Origin: Planctomycetota bacterium
Lineage (GTDB): Bacteria > Planctomycetota > UBA1135 > UBA2386
NCBI GenBank assembly: GCA_965223545.1
Contig: OZ245006.1
Location: forward strand, 3,680,001 to 3,744,000
Direction of reading: 5' to 3'
Length of the DNA stretch: 64,000 nucleotides
Shown here piece after piece: positions 47,943-57,323 of this stretch; the first letter of the stretch is position 1; every line of letters begins with the position of its first letter. The notes under the pieces were generated by a model. That model was not told the DNA's origin. It ran no database searches and saw only the letters and a list, made by a program, of their open reading frames with translations. The position numbers were made by a program, and so were the translations under genes.

Positions 47943-49445
47943 TCACTCCCCTTTCCAGCGAGCGACATAGGCATCCACGACGGCCTTGGCGATCGCCTCG
48001 CCCTCGAAGCCCACGTTGGTCATCACCACGACTGCCCGGTTGGCGTCGGGGTGCAGCTCGACATGCGCGTAGAACGTGCCACCCGATCCCGCGTGCCAGT
48101 GCACGCGCTCCCCCTCCTGCTGGGCGAGGATCCAACCGGCCGCGTAGGTCGACCCGTCGAACCCCGGGGCGTGCAGCGTGCGCACGACATCGGCAGCCAA
48201 CGGCCCCTCCTCGCCACGCAGCGCGGCAAGGTGTGCGGAGGCATACCGCGCGAGGTCGCGTGCCGAGCAACAGACGTCACCTGCCGGCGCGAAGAAGGGA
48301 CCGACTTGATACTCGCCGAACCCCAGAGCTCGACGCGACCCCGGCGACCCGTCATGACCGCGCGGCTGGCCGCGGCGCGCCGCGGTCGCCGGCCAGCCAA
48401 TGTCAGCCGTCGCCATGCCCAAGGGTGCGAACAAACGCTTTCGCAACAGCTCCGCCCACGGGGTCTCGGTCGCAACCTCGGCGACATGGCCGGCGATGGT
48501 GTAGCCCGCGTTGGAGTAGGCGTAGTGCTCGCCCGGTGTGCCCAACGGCTCCTCGCCGAGCACCCGCGCGACGAAGAACGCCCGCTGCGCGACCTCGCCC
48601 TCGGCCCGAGCCATCAACTCGGCCTCCAACGAATCGTCCATCGTGAGGTACTGCCGCACGCCGGCGCGGTGACGCACGAGGTGCGCGAGGGTCACCTCGC
48701 GATACGCGTCGAGCATGTCGATGCCCGGCAGAAGCTCGGCCAAGGGCGCATCCCAGCGGAGCACCCCCTCGGCAACGAGACCGCCGATCACGGTCGCCGT
48801 CATCGATTTGGTGATCGAGCCGAGATGGAAGCGATCATCGATCTCACAGGGAGCCTCCTCCCCTGCGACGCGGTGGCCTGCGACCCCGGCGTCGACGATC
48901 GCTCCCCCTTCGACGACTGCGGCGGCAACCGCCGGGACGCGGGCGTCGGCAACCACCCGTTCGAGCAGGTCCGACAGAGATTCGAAGTCGCGATACGGAC
49001 CGAGCGGGGTCTGGTTTTCGACGAACGGCCGGATGCTCAAGCCGCGCAGGCGGGAGGGACTGTCGTCGGTCAGATCGAGCTGCACCCGCAACGGCACCGG
49101 GACGACATCGGAGCGCGCCAGCACGGCGATCGATGCCGGCTCGGTGGCGAGGACGCGCACCGGTGTCAGGTTGCCGATCTGCCGGCGCATGCCCTGCCAG
49201 TTCTCGACCCTGTCGGCCGCCGACTTTTCGGCGAGCTTCTCGGCGGAACGCCACCGCGCTTCGAAGGCGACGATGGCGTCATCGCCGCCGTCCGCGATGG
49301 TGTCGAACCATGCCTTGGCGATCGTTCCAGCCGTCGTGCCGGGCCAAGTCAGAGGTGGCGCAGGAGTTTCCTGGCCGATAGCGGGCGACCCTAGCGCAGC
49401 CAAGACAGCAGCGGCGAGGAGAGAAAGTGATGGGCGACGATCCAT
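47943..49445 (-). CDS. Secreted serine hydrolase, beta-lactamase class C-like
   Basis: Signal peptide; FHLGSITK (SxxK), YAYSNAGY, WHAGS. Confidence 0.9.
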   Translation of the reverse strand: MDRRPSLSLLAAAVLAALGSPAIGQETPAPPLTWPGTTAGTIAKAWFDTIADGGDDAIVAFEARWRSAEKLAEKSAADRVENWQGMRRQIGNLTPVRVLATEPASIAVLARSDVVPVPLRVQLDLTDDSPSRLRGLSIRPFVENQTPLGPYRDFESLSDLLERVVADARVPAVAAAVVEGGAIVDAGVAGHRVAGEEAPCEIDDRFHLGSITKSMTATVIGGLVAEGVLRWDAPLAELLPGIDMLDAYREVTLAHLVRHRAGVRQYLTMDDSLEAELMARAEGEVAQRAFFVARVLGEEPLGTPGEHYAYSNAGYTIAGHVAEVATETPWAELLRKRLFAPLGMATADIGWPATAARRGQPRGHDGSPGSRRALGFGEYQVGPFFAPAGDVCCSARDLARYASAHLAALRGEEGPLAADVVRTLHAPGFDGSTYAAGWILAQQEGERVHWHAGSGGTFYAHVELHPDANRAVVVMTNVGFEGEAIAKAVVDAYVARWKGE

Positions 49446-49476
49446 GCGATCCAGTCCGACTCGGGTGCCGCACTAT

Positions 49477-49502
49477 ACTAAAATTCTCGCGTATTTTTTA
49501 GT
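49477..49502. promoter_or_regulatory. Inverted-repeat operator in the divergent promoter
   Basis: ACTAAAA-N12-TTTTAGT in an AT-rich 80-nt gap between the hydrolase and the HTH regulator. Confidence 0.5.
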
Positions 49503-49525
49503 TATCGCCAACGTATTCTGTCGCG

Positions 49526-50092
49526 ATGCCGCGCCGGGACGTGCACTACATCCGCGACACCGAACAGCTCGCGGCGATCGTGTCCCCGCCGCGCCAACGC
49601 GTCATCGCGGCGCTGCGTGAGCGCGGCGAGGCGACCGTCGCCGAGCTCGCCGACGACCTCGGTGAGAAGGCCGAGGCGCTCTACTACCACGTGCACAAGC
49701 TGGTCGACGCCGGCCTGGTCATCGAGCTCGATCCGCGTCCAGGCCTGCGCCGGCCGCAGTCCGTCTACCGCCTGATACGCCCCGGGCTGATGGTCGACCC
49801 CAAGTGTCGCGACGAGGGGTTTCTCGACACGCTAGGCCAGCTCTACGCGAGCGCGGTGCGCGAAGCACAGCGCAACCTCGAGCGCGCGCTCGAACGCGAA
49901 CGCGAGCGCTCCCCTCGGCGGGACCGCGACACCGGAGTCCTGGTGCTGCAGGCGCGGCTCGCGCCAGCGCACGTGGCGCAGCTGCGCGAGCTTCTGCTGC
50001 AAGCCTGCGACTTCATGGTCGCCCACGACGATCCAACCCAGCAGCGCTACTCGATGACGGCGATCGCCTCTCCCGTGGTCCGCCGCCGTTGA
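49526..50092 (+). CDS. ArsR-like winged-helix regulator
   Basis: SPPRQRVI..L...ATVAELA.......LYYHV.KL.DAGLV. Confidence 0.85.
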   Translation: MPRRDVHYIRDTEQLAAIVSPPRQRVIAALRERGEATVAELADDLGEKAEALYYHVHKLVDAGLVIELDPRPGLRRPQSVYRLIRPGLMVDPKCRDEGFLDTLGQLYASAVREAQRNLERALERERERSPRRDRDTGVLVLQARLAPAHVAQLRELLLQACDFMVAHDDPTQQRYSMTAIASPVVRRR

Positions 50093-50103
50093 CGTTCTGG
50101 CTG

Positions 50104-51024
50104 TCAGAACCGCTGGATCTCGATCTTCTGGCCGCCGTTCCAGCGCTGGTGCATCTCGAGGCTCTCGGCCAAGGTCTGCATGCCGAGTTCGGCACGGCGC
50201 TGATCGACGGTCTCGGCATCCTCGAGTGGGAACACCAACGTGCGTCCCTTTGCGTCTTGCACGATCTGCGTGCCATAGCGCTGGCGACGCCCATCGAACA
50301 TCAACACGCGGTCGAGCAGGTTGGCGTAGTCCTCGCCGTTGGGGAGTCGCTTCGCGTCGACGTCGGCCTTGATCGCCGGCAAGGCCGCGCGCATCAACGA
50401 GAGATCCGTGCTGTGCACCACCAACTCCCAGGCGGCGCGGGCGGACTCGATCCCGAACCGCTCGACGTCGACCCAGCCGAAACGCCCGACCAATCCCGCG
50501 AGATACGCAGTGTTCTCGGCATCGATCTTCTGCATCTTCTTCTCGTTCACGGTGCCGGTCCGCACCGCGCGGTCTTTGGCCACTCGCTTGGCGAGCTCGT
50601 TGTTGGCGCGTCGGACATCCCTGCGATCCGGCGGGTCAGCCCCCAATTCGAACGGGGTGTGTTCGAACTCGGGGAGCGGCTCGGCGGCGCGCCGGTAGCG
50701 CCGCGGCTTCCGCTCGCCCGGAATCGTGACCGCCAGCTCTTCGCCGACCAATTCGAACTGGAGAGGTAGCACGGTGCCGTGAACGTTGAGCTCGAGACCC
50801 TGCCCCTGCGTGCGGGCGAGAAACGCGCGGAGCTCGCCGCCGCGGGCGGTCCACACGCATCGGTCGGCCTCGAGCCGCAAGACCTGTCGCTTCTTGCCCT
50901 CGCCGGCCTCCCAATCGCCAACCCATGCCTGTTGGTCGCCATCACTCTGGCCACTCACACTCGCCGACAGAACCAGCCATGCGCTGGCGACGAGGAGGAT
51001 CCTTGCCAATCTTCGAGTTCGCAT
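50104..51024 (-). CDS. Secreted DUF6624-like protein
   Basis: Signal peptide; D.AVR, IDAENT.YL...V..FGW, AW..V.H, YA.L.DR......QRYGTQ, VDQRRAELGM. Confidence 0.8.
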   Translation of the reverse strand: MRTRRLARILLVASAWLVLSASVSGQSDGDQQAWVGDWEAGEGKKRQVLRLEADRCVWTARGGELRAFLARTQGQGLELNVHGTVLPLQFELVGEELAVTIPGERKPRRYRRAAEPLPEFEHTPFELGADPPDRRDVRRANNELAKRVAKDRAVRTGTVNEKKMQKIDAENTAYLAGLVGRFGWVDVERFGIESARAAWELVVHSTDLSLMRAALPAIKADVDAKRLPNGEDYANLLDRVLMFDGRRQRYGTQIVQDAKGRTLVFPLEDAETVDQRRAELGMQTLAESLEMHQRWNGGQKIEIQRF

Positions 51025-51112
51025 CGGTGTTGCTCTTCTGGTTGAAGGCAGAGGGGCCGCCGCATGCTATCCGACCGCGTCTACGCTCTCTTGACGACGA
51101 CCGCCCACCGCC

Positions 51113-52231
51113 ATGACCGACCCGACCCCCACCGTGACCCCTCCGCAGCGCGTGTCGCTCCTGTTGCTCGCCGCGTTCGCCACCGCGTGCTCGCTGGCAA
51201 CCCGCCCGGCGCAGCGACCGACAGCGGTTGACGATGCGGCGATCCGGGAATTCTGGCGCATCCAGGACGCTCTTGCCGAGGGCGTGGAGTTGGCGGACGA
51301 CGCCTGGCAACCCATGTTCGACACCACTGCCTACCGGTGGCTCGCCGCTCGCGCGGACCAACAACAGCGAATCCGGCAACGCATGCGCATCGCGTTTCAG
51401 CCCGATCGATCCCAAGTGCTCGACTGGGTCGCTGCCGCCGATGGCTACGAGGCGGTGTTGCGCGGGCACTACCTGCGCATGCGCGACGAGCGACGGGAGC
51501 TCGAGGCGTGGGTGTCGGCGATGGCGCAGCGTTCTACGATGACCGAGGCCATGGCGCTGGCGCGACAACACCTGCCCGCGGAAGTGCCGCCCGAGGGCAC
51601 GCCGCCGCCGCCGGTGTACCTGGCGCTTTGGGGCCCGGACGCGTTCGGGGACGACGCCGTTTACGTGGATGCTCTCAAGGCGCGCGATCTCGGCGAGCAC
51701 TTGCCACTGCTGGTCGCCCACGAGTTCCATCACGTCTTCTACACAGGAGCGAGTCCGCTACCCGAGCTGCCACAGGAGCACGAGTCCTATTGGTTGCTGC
51801 ACACTCTGCGCCAGCTGCACTTGGAGGGGTTGGCGGATCGCATCGACAAGAAGAGCTATCCGATCGCGAGCTCACCCGGCGACACGGCGGGCTACGCCGC
51901 CAACTTCAATCGCTACTACGACACGGCGCCGCGCACGCTGCGCAGCTTCGACGCCGCGTTGCGCACGATGGCCCGGGAGCCGGAACGAGTCGCCGACCTC
52001 GCGCGCAAGGCGTGGGGGTTGTTTCACTACGGCGCGCATCCGGAGGGCTTCTTCATGGCAAATACGGTTGCTGCGGCCTTGGGACCACGCGCCCTGCTCG
52101 CCGACGTTGGCGATCCGTTCGCGTTCGTGCGTCGCTTTCACTCCGTCACCGCCTCGGATCCTGTGTTCTCGGACGAGGCGATGGAGTTCTTGGCGCGAAT
52201 CGAGGCATCGCTGCGGGACGCGCAGGACTGA
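51113..52231 (+). CDS. Lipoprotein, putative Zn-dependent protease (DUF5700-like)
   Basis: Lipobox FATAC; AHEFHH...EGLAD; HPEGFFMA. Confidence 0.8.
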   Translation: MTDPTPTVTPPQRVSLLLLAAFATACSLATRPAQRPTAVDDAAIREFWRIQDALAEGVELADDAWQPMFDTTAYRWLAARADQQQRIRQRMRIAFQPDRSQVLDWVAAADGYEAVLRGHYLRMRDERRELEAWVSAMAQRSTMTEAMALARQHLPAEVPPEGTPPPPVYLALWGPDAFGDDAVYVDALKARDLGEHLPLLVAHEFHHVFYTGASPLPELPQEHESYWLLHTLRQLHLEGLADRIDKKSYPIASSPGDTAGYAANFNRYYDTAPRTLRSFDAALRTMAREPERVADLARKAWGLFHYGAHPEGFFMANTVAAALGPRALLADVGDPFAFVRRFHSVTASDPVFSDEAMEFLARIEASLRDAQD

Positions 52232-52348
52232 CGGCCGACTCGCCGCGCAGCGACCTCGGGCTCGCCCGAGCCGTAACGCTCTCCCACTCGCGCACGACCC
52301 TTTTGGTGAGCCACGCCGTGGCGTCTACCAGGAATCCGAAAGGAGATC

Positions 52349-52906
52349 GTGATGAGAGTTCGAGTTCTCGCGGCCGCCGCGACGGCTTTGGCCGCGCATG
52401 CCGCTACTTACCTGAGCGTGCCGACCGCGGTCGGCGGCCCGGTGACCAGCGTGGTGCATGCGCAGTTGTCACCCCAACCCTTCGACCGCTACGCCAGCGA
52501 CGCCGTTGATGTCGTCCTCGGCCGCGTAATCCACACGCGCGCCATGGACACTGCGCGCGGCATCGTCACCTCCGAGCACACGATCCAAGTGCTGCACTCG
52601 GTGCGCGGTCGGGCCACCGGCTCGATCGCGGTACGGATGATCGGCGGCAGGACTGCGACGCAACGCACGATCATGCGTGGGGCGCCCACGCTGCGCGCAG
52701 GCGAGGACGTCGTGCTCTTTCTGTGCCAAGCGCCCGGCACCGACCACTTCGGAATCCTCGGGCTCGAGTCGGGCACCTACCGCGTCACTGACCTGGCCGG
52801 CCGCCCCCGCGTCGACGGGAGGTACTCGCAGGCCGAGGATCTCGGCGTCTTCTTGGACCGCGTTGCGCGCACGGACTGGCTGTTCGCCGGGGAGGAAGGG
52901 CGATGA
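52349..52906 (+). CDS. Secreted partner/propeptide-like protein of the downstream metalloprotease
   Basis: AAGGAG RBS; VVLGRV...IVT...GG...GAP.L..GEDVVLFL pattern; ATGA overlap with the protease. Confidence 0.7.
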   Translation: MMRVRVLAAAATALAAHAATYLSVPTAVGGPVTSVVHAQLSPQPFDRYASDAVDVVLGRVIHTRAMDTARGIVTSEHTIQVLHSVRGRATGSIAVRMIGGRTATQRTIMRGAPTLRAGEDVVLFLCQAPGTDHFGILGLESGTYRVTDLAGRPRVDGRYSQAEDLGVFLDRVARTDWLFAGEEGR

Positions 52907-54702
52907 AGGGGCACCGCTTCGGAACTCACACCGTCACGCTCGCGCTGGCAGCAGCCACCGGTCTCTCGCTGCCCCGCTTCGGCGGAGGTGAGGTCTACTG
53001 CAATGGCGGGACGCCGCCAGAGGTCGTCGAACGGTGGCCGAGCATTCCGCCGACCGGAGTGCCGTGGTCCGTCGCCACCGGATGGGCGACGCCGCGAGCC
53101 ATGCCGGGCTACCCATCGACCTCGTGCTACTCGGGTCCCGCGGAGCAGCTGCCGGGAGTGCAGAGCGTGGCGGCGGCGGCAGCGGCCTGGACCGACGTGC
53201 GGGCGCCGTTGCCTGGCGCCAATCCACCGATCGTCTCGGCGTTCCGTTTCAGCCCGACGATGGCGGGGTGGGGGTCGTCGTCGGCAACCCAGTCCCGAGT
53301 GGTGCAGGACGGCGTCAACTTGGTCAGCGGCTGGGAGATCCCCGCGACCTTCCAGAATGGCGGGGGCCAATTCACGCTGGGGATTGCCGCCGTCTTCATC
53401 GACGCGGCCACCGGCGACATCCTCGAGACCGACATCGCGCTCAACTCGCTGTGGGAAGTGACTCCGGGGTCCGGCCAGAACTGGTGGAGCTTCGTCGAGA
53501 AGAACACCGCCGATGGCCTTTTCTACGCGTCCTGGTGGGACTCCGCCGGCACGCCGACGTTCAACGAACCACAGTTGGGATACGTGGACCTGCAGTCCGT
53601 GCTCACCCATGAGTTCGGTCATTTCGCGGGCCTCGGACACTCGCTGCTCGACAGCGCTCACCGACACCCCTTCCAAGAGTCGGAGTTTCCGACGATGTTC
53701 CCGATCGCGCAGGCCGGCAACATGCCCAACGCCTGGCTGCCGCTCCACTACGTCACCGACACGTGCACGCCGACCGCGTACTACCCCGCCGGCGGCCGTG
53801 CCTACTGGGCGATCGAGGCCGACAGCCTCGAAGAAGACGACATCGCGGCGATCGCCGCGCTGTATCCGTTGCCGGCGTTCCAGACCGAGCTCGGAAAGAT
53901 CTCCGGCACGGTCTGGCGTGACTCCGAAGCCACCGTCGAGCTGGGCGCTCACGTCGTCGCCATCCGCGCCGACGATCCGGACACCGGCCGGGTGAGTACG
54001 CTCTGCCGGAGCGGCGGCTACACCATCGAGGGGTTGTCGGCGGGTTGGTACTACGTGTACGTCGAGCCCATCGACCAACCCGCCGTCGGTTCCGGCGCCG
54101 AGCAGTTCTACTTCCGCACCGGCGACCCGCCGAACTACGCCGATCTGTCGACGTCTTCTTGTGTGTCGGTGCCGACCTACTTCGTCACCGAGTTTTGGAA
54201 TCAGCACGAGGAGTTCGGCGAGAGCGAGCCGATGCGCTGCAGCCGCATCTACGTCTCCGCAGGCCACACGCGCAGCGGCATCAACTTCCGCGTCGACACC
54301 ACCGGCGCAACGGTCGCCGATCGCATGGGCGTGCGCGCGGATGGAACCAGCCAGCGGCTGTCACCGCGCGGCATCTTCATGTCGGGAATCGCAGGCACAC
54401 GCACCGACGTCGAAGTCGTCATCAGCCTGCCCCCGTCCCTGGCGGGAGCAACGGTCGAGCTGTGGTCCGACCGCTCCCGGCAAGCTTCGATGCTCGACCA
54501 CCAGATGTGGACGATCGACACGACCGTGGGCAGTGTGCTGACCCAGACCGTACCGGCCTCCGGCGTCGTGTCGTTCTCGTGCTCGATCGCGTGCGGCTTC
54601 GGTAGCGCCGGGTTCACGAACTACTTCTGCCAAGCTCGGGTGCCGGACGGGGCTGGGGGCTTCATCGTCACCAACCCACTGAACATCTGGATCGTCGACT
54701 GA
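52903..54702 (+). CDS. Matrixin-like (metzincin M10) metalloprotease with C-terminal beta-domains
   Basis: DLQSVLTHEFGHFAGLGHS, Met-turn TMFP, L..DDIAAI..LYP. Confidence 0.9.
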   Translation: MKGHRFGTHTVTLALAAATGLSLPRFGGGEVYCNGGTPPEVVERWPSIPPTGVPWSVATGWATPRAMPGYPSTSCYSGPAEQLPGVQSVAAAAAAWTDVRAPLPGANPPIVSAFRFSPTMAGWGSSSATQSRVVQDGVNLVSGWEIPATFQNGGGQFTLGIAAVFIDAATGDILETDIALNSLWEVTPGSGQNWWSFVEKNTADGLFYASWWDSAGTPTFNEPQLGYVDLQSVLTHEFGHFAGLGHSLLDSAHRHPFQESEFPTMFPIAQAGNMPNAWLPLHYVTDTCTPTAYYPAGGRAYWAIEADSLEEDDIAAIAALYPLPAFQTELGKISGTVWRDSEATVELGAHVVAIRADDPDTGRVSTLCRSGGYTIEGLSAGWYYVYVEPIDQPAVGSGAEQFYFRTGDPPNYADLSTSSCVSVPTYFVTEFWNQHEEFGESEPMRCSRIYVSAGHTRSGINFRVDTTGATVADRMGVRADGTSQRLSPRGIFMSGIAGTRTDVEVVISLPPSLAGATVELWSDRSRQASMLDHQMWTIDTTVGSVLTQTVPASGVVSFSCSIACGFGSAGFTNYFCQARVPDGAGGFIVTNPLNIWIVD

Positions 54703-54814
54703 CCGAGGGGCCGGGCACCAAAAAATGCTGGGGGTTCCGCCCCGTTGGCGGCGCACTGTAGTCGAGCGGGCGATCCGAAGCCCGCCGACACCCCCCAGTC
54801 AGCCCCGTCCGCCC

Positions 54815-55375
54815 ATGCCCACTCCCGACCAACAGACCCAGTCGATGATCGCCAACCTCGAGGCCAAGACCGGCAAGACCTTGCCACAGTGGGTCGCCAT
54901 CGCGCGGGCCTGCGGCCTCGACAAGCACGGCAAGATCGTCAGCCACCTCAAGAGCGAGCACGGCCTCACCCACGGCTACGCCAATCTCGTCGCCCACACT
55001 CTGCTGCGCTCGGACGCCGGATCGAGCGCCGACGACGACCTCCTCGCCGGCCAGTACGCGGGGGCGAAAACGGTGCTCCGGCCGATCTACGACGCGATCG
55101 TCGCCGCCTGTCGCGGCTTTGGCGACGATGTCGAGCTGTCGCCCAAGAAGGCCTATGTCAGCCTCCGGCGCAGCAAACAGTTCGCCCTGGTGCAGCCATC
55201 GACCAAGACGCGCGTCGACCTCGGTCTCAACCTCAAGGGTGTCGAGCCGGATGGTCGGCTGGAGGCCTCCGGATCGTTCAATGCGATGTGCTCCCACCGC
55301 GTGCGGTTGGCGGACGTCAGCGATGTCGACGCCGCGGTGGTCGGCTGGCTCGAGCAAGCGTACGAACGGGCGTGA
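54815..55375 (+). CDS. DUF4287 + DUF5655 domain protein
   Basis: NLEAKTGK.L..W, LKSEHGLTHGYAN; PKKAYVSLRR.KQFA, WLEQAY. Confidence 0.85.
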   Translation: MPTPDQQTQSMIANLEAKTGKTLPQWVAIARACGLDKHGKIVSHLKSEHGLTHGYANLVAHTLLRSDAGSSADDDLLAGQYAGAKTVLRPIYDAIVAACRGFGDDVELSPKKAYVSLRRSKQFALVQPSTKTRVDLGLNLKGVEPDGRLEASGSFNAMCSHRVRLADVSDVDAAVVGWLEQAYERA

Positions 55376-55529
55376 GCGGCCCTCGAGGAAGCGCGAGCAT
55401 CGAGTCGGGCTGCGCACGTTCGATTCGTGGTGCGAATCGATTGAGTAAGTTGTATTAGACCCAACGAATCATCAGTCGGCGCTAGGTTCGGTCGAGTCAA
55501 CGGTTGGGACCGAACCAGAGGAGCTGACG

Positions 55530-57323
55530 ATGATCGCTACGCAACGCACGACACACCGCACGACCGAGGTCGCCACGGGGCGCGTCGCCCTGTCGGACGG
55601 GGCCCGCCTGTTCTACCGCCACTGGCAGCCCGCGGTTCCAGCGCGCCACGCGCTGGTGCTGCTCCACCGCGGGCACGAGCACTCTGGCCGGCTCGAGGAC
55701 GTCGTGACCGCGCTCGGCTTGGCAGACGTAGCGGTGTTCGCGTGGGATGCGCGTGGCCATGGGCACTCCGACGGCGCGCGAGGGCAGACCCCGAGCTTCG
55801 CCCGCCTGGTGCGCGACCTGGAGGAGTTCACCCGACACATCCGCGATCGGCACGGGTTTCAGCACGATCAGCTCACCGTGCTCGGTCACAGCGTCGGCGC
55901 GGTGATCGCCACGACTTGGGTGCACGACTACGCGCCGCGCATCGCCGGGCTCGTGCTGGTGACGCCGGCGTTCGCGATCCGGCTGTACGTGCCGTTCGCG
56001 ATTCCCGGCCTGCGCGCGCTGACGCGCCTGCGCCGCGGCAGGCCGACGTTCATCAAGAGCTTCGTCAGCGGACGCTTGCTGACCCACGATCGCGCCCAAG
56101 CCGCGCGCTACGACACCGACCCGCTGATCAGTCGCGATATCCCGGCACATGTCTTGGTGCAGATGCGCGACGCGGCGCAGCGCGTGGTCGATGACGCGGC
56201 CGTGATCCGCGTCCCGACGCTCGTGCTGACTGGCGGCGCGGACTGGGTGGTGCGCCTCGATGCCCAACGGAGGTTCTTCGGCATGCTCGGTGCCAGCGAC
56301 AAGCACATGCGGGTGTTCGATGGGCTCTACCACGATCTGCTGCACGAGCGCGACCGCGCAGCGGTGCTGGGCGAGATTCGCAGCTTCGTCGACCGAGCCG
56401 GCGACCGCCAACGACCGGCTCCGCTGCTCGACGCCGACTGCGCCGGCCCGACGCACGACGAACACGCCGCTCTGTGCCTGCCGTTGCCGGTCTGGCAGCC
56501 GCGGCGCTGGGGTTTCGCGCTGCAATCGCTCGCGCTGCGGACGGTCGGCCGCCTCAGCACGGGAATCCGGCTGGGGCTGGAGACGGGCTTCGACTCGGGT
56601 CAAACCCTCGATTACGTCTACGCCGACCGACCGCGCGGAGCCCTCGGCATCGGCCGCTGGATCGACCGCGCCTACCTGAACTCGATCGGCTGGCGCGGGA
56701 TTCGCGAGCGCAAACGCAACATCGATACGCTGCTCGAGCAGACCATCGCCGCGATCCTCGGCCGCGGTGAGACCGTGCGCATTCTCGACATCGCCACCGG
56801 CGTCGGACGCGCCGTGCTCGACGCAATGCGGCACCACGACGGCGCGCCGATCGAAGCCGTGCTCCGCGACAACGTGGAGGCAAACCTGGCGCGCGGCCGC
56901 GCAATGGCGGCCGCGCGCAACCTGACGGGGGTTCGGTTCGATCGGGGCGACGCCTTCGACCCGCGCTCGTTGGCGGCAGTCGACCCGGCGCCCAATCTCG
57001 CGCTGGTCTCCGGCCTGTACGAGCTGTTCCCCGCAAACGAACCGGTGCGGCGATCTCTGCGCGGCGTCGCGGCCGCGTTGCGCCGCGGCACGACGGACCG
57101 CGGCCCGGCGTTCTTGGTCTACACCGGACAACCGTGGCACCCGCAACTCGAGACCATCGCCAGGGTCCTCGACAACCGGGATGGCGAGGCCTGGTGCATG
57201 CGCCGCCGCAGTCAGGAGGAGCTCGACGATCTGGTCGCCGACGCGGGCTTCGAGAAGATCGACACCCGCATCGACGACGACGGCATCTTCACGGTCTCCC
57301 TCGCGCGTTTGGTCCGGCCATGA
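55530..57323 (+). CDS. ynbC: Bifunctional alpha/beta hydrolase and SAM methyltransferase (YnbC-like)
   Basis: LHRGHEHSGR, GHSVG, GFDSG.TLDYVY, GW.GIR.RK, YTGQPWHPQLE, MRRRSQ.E.D. Confidence 0.92.
   Translation: MIATQRTTHRTTEVATGRVALSDGARLFYRHWQPAVPARHALVLLHRGHEHSGRLEDVVTALGLADVAVFAWDARGHGHSDGARGQTPSFARLVRDLEEFTRHIRDRHGFQHDQLTVLGHSVGAVIATTWVHDYAPRIAGLVLVTPAFAIRLYVPFAIPGLRALTRLRRGRPTFIKSFVSGRLLTHDRAQAARYDTDPLISRDIPAHVLVQMRDAAQRVVDDAAVIRVPTLVLTGGADWVVRLDAQRRFFGMLGASDKHMRVFDGLYHDLLHERDRAAVLGEIRSFVDRAGDRQRPAPLLDADCAGPTHDEHAALCLPLPVWQPRRWGFALQSLALRTVGRLSTGIRLGLETGFDSGQTLDYVYADRPRGALGIGRWIDRAYLNSIGWRGIRERKRNIDTLLEQTIAAILGRGETVRILDIATGVGRAVLDAMRHHDGAPIEAVLRDNVEANLARGRAMAAARNLTGVRFDRGDAFDPRSLAAVDPAPNLALVSGLYELFPANEPVRRSLRGVAAALRRGTTDRGPAFLVYTGQPWHPQLETIARVLDNRDGEAWCMRRRSQEELDDLVADAGFEKIDTRIDDDGIFTVSLARLVRP

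Noticed and set aside
54703..54760. GGGGCCGGGCACC-AAAAAA after the matrixin stop as another REP copy
   Set aside because: Imperfect palindrome lacking the GTAC foot and the fixed spacing; single occurrence
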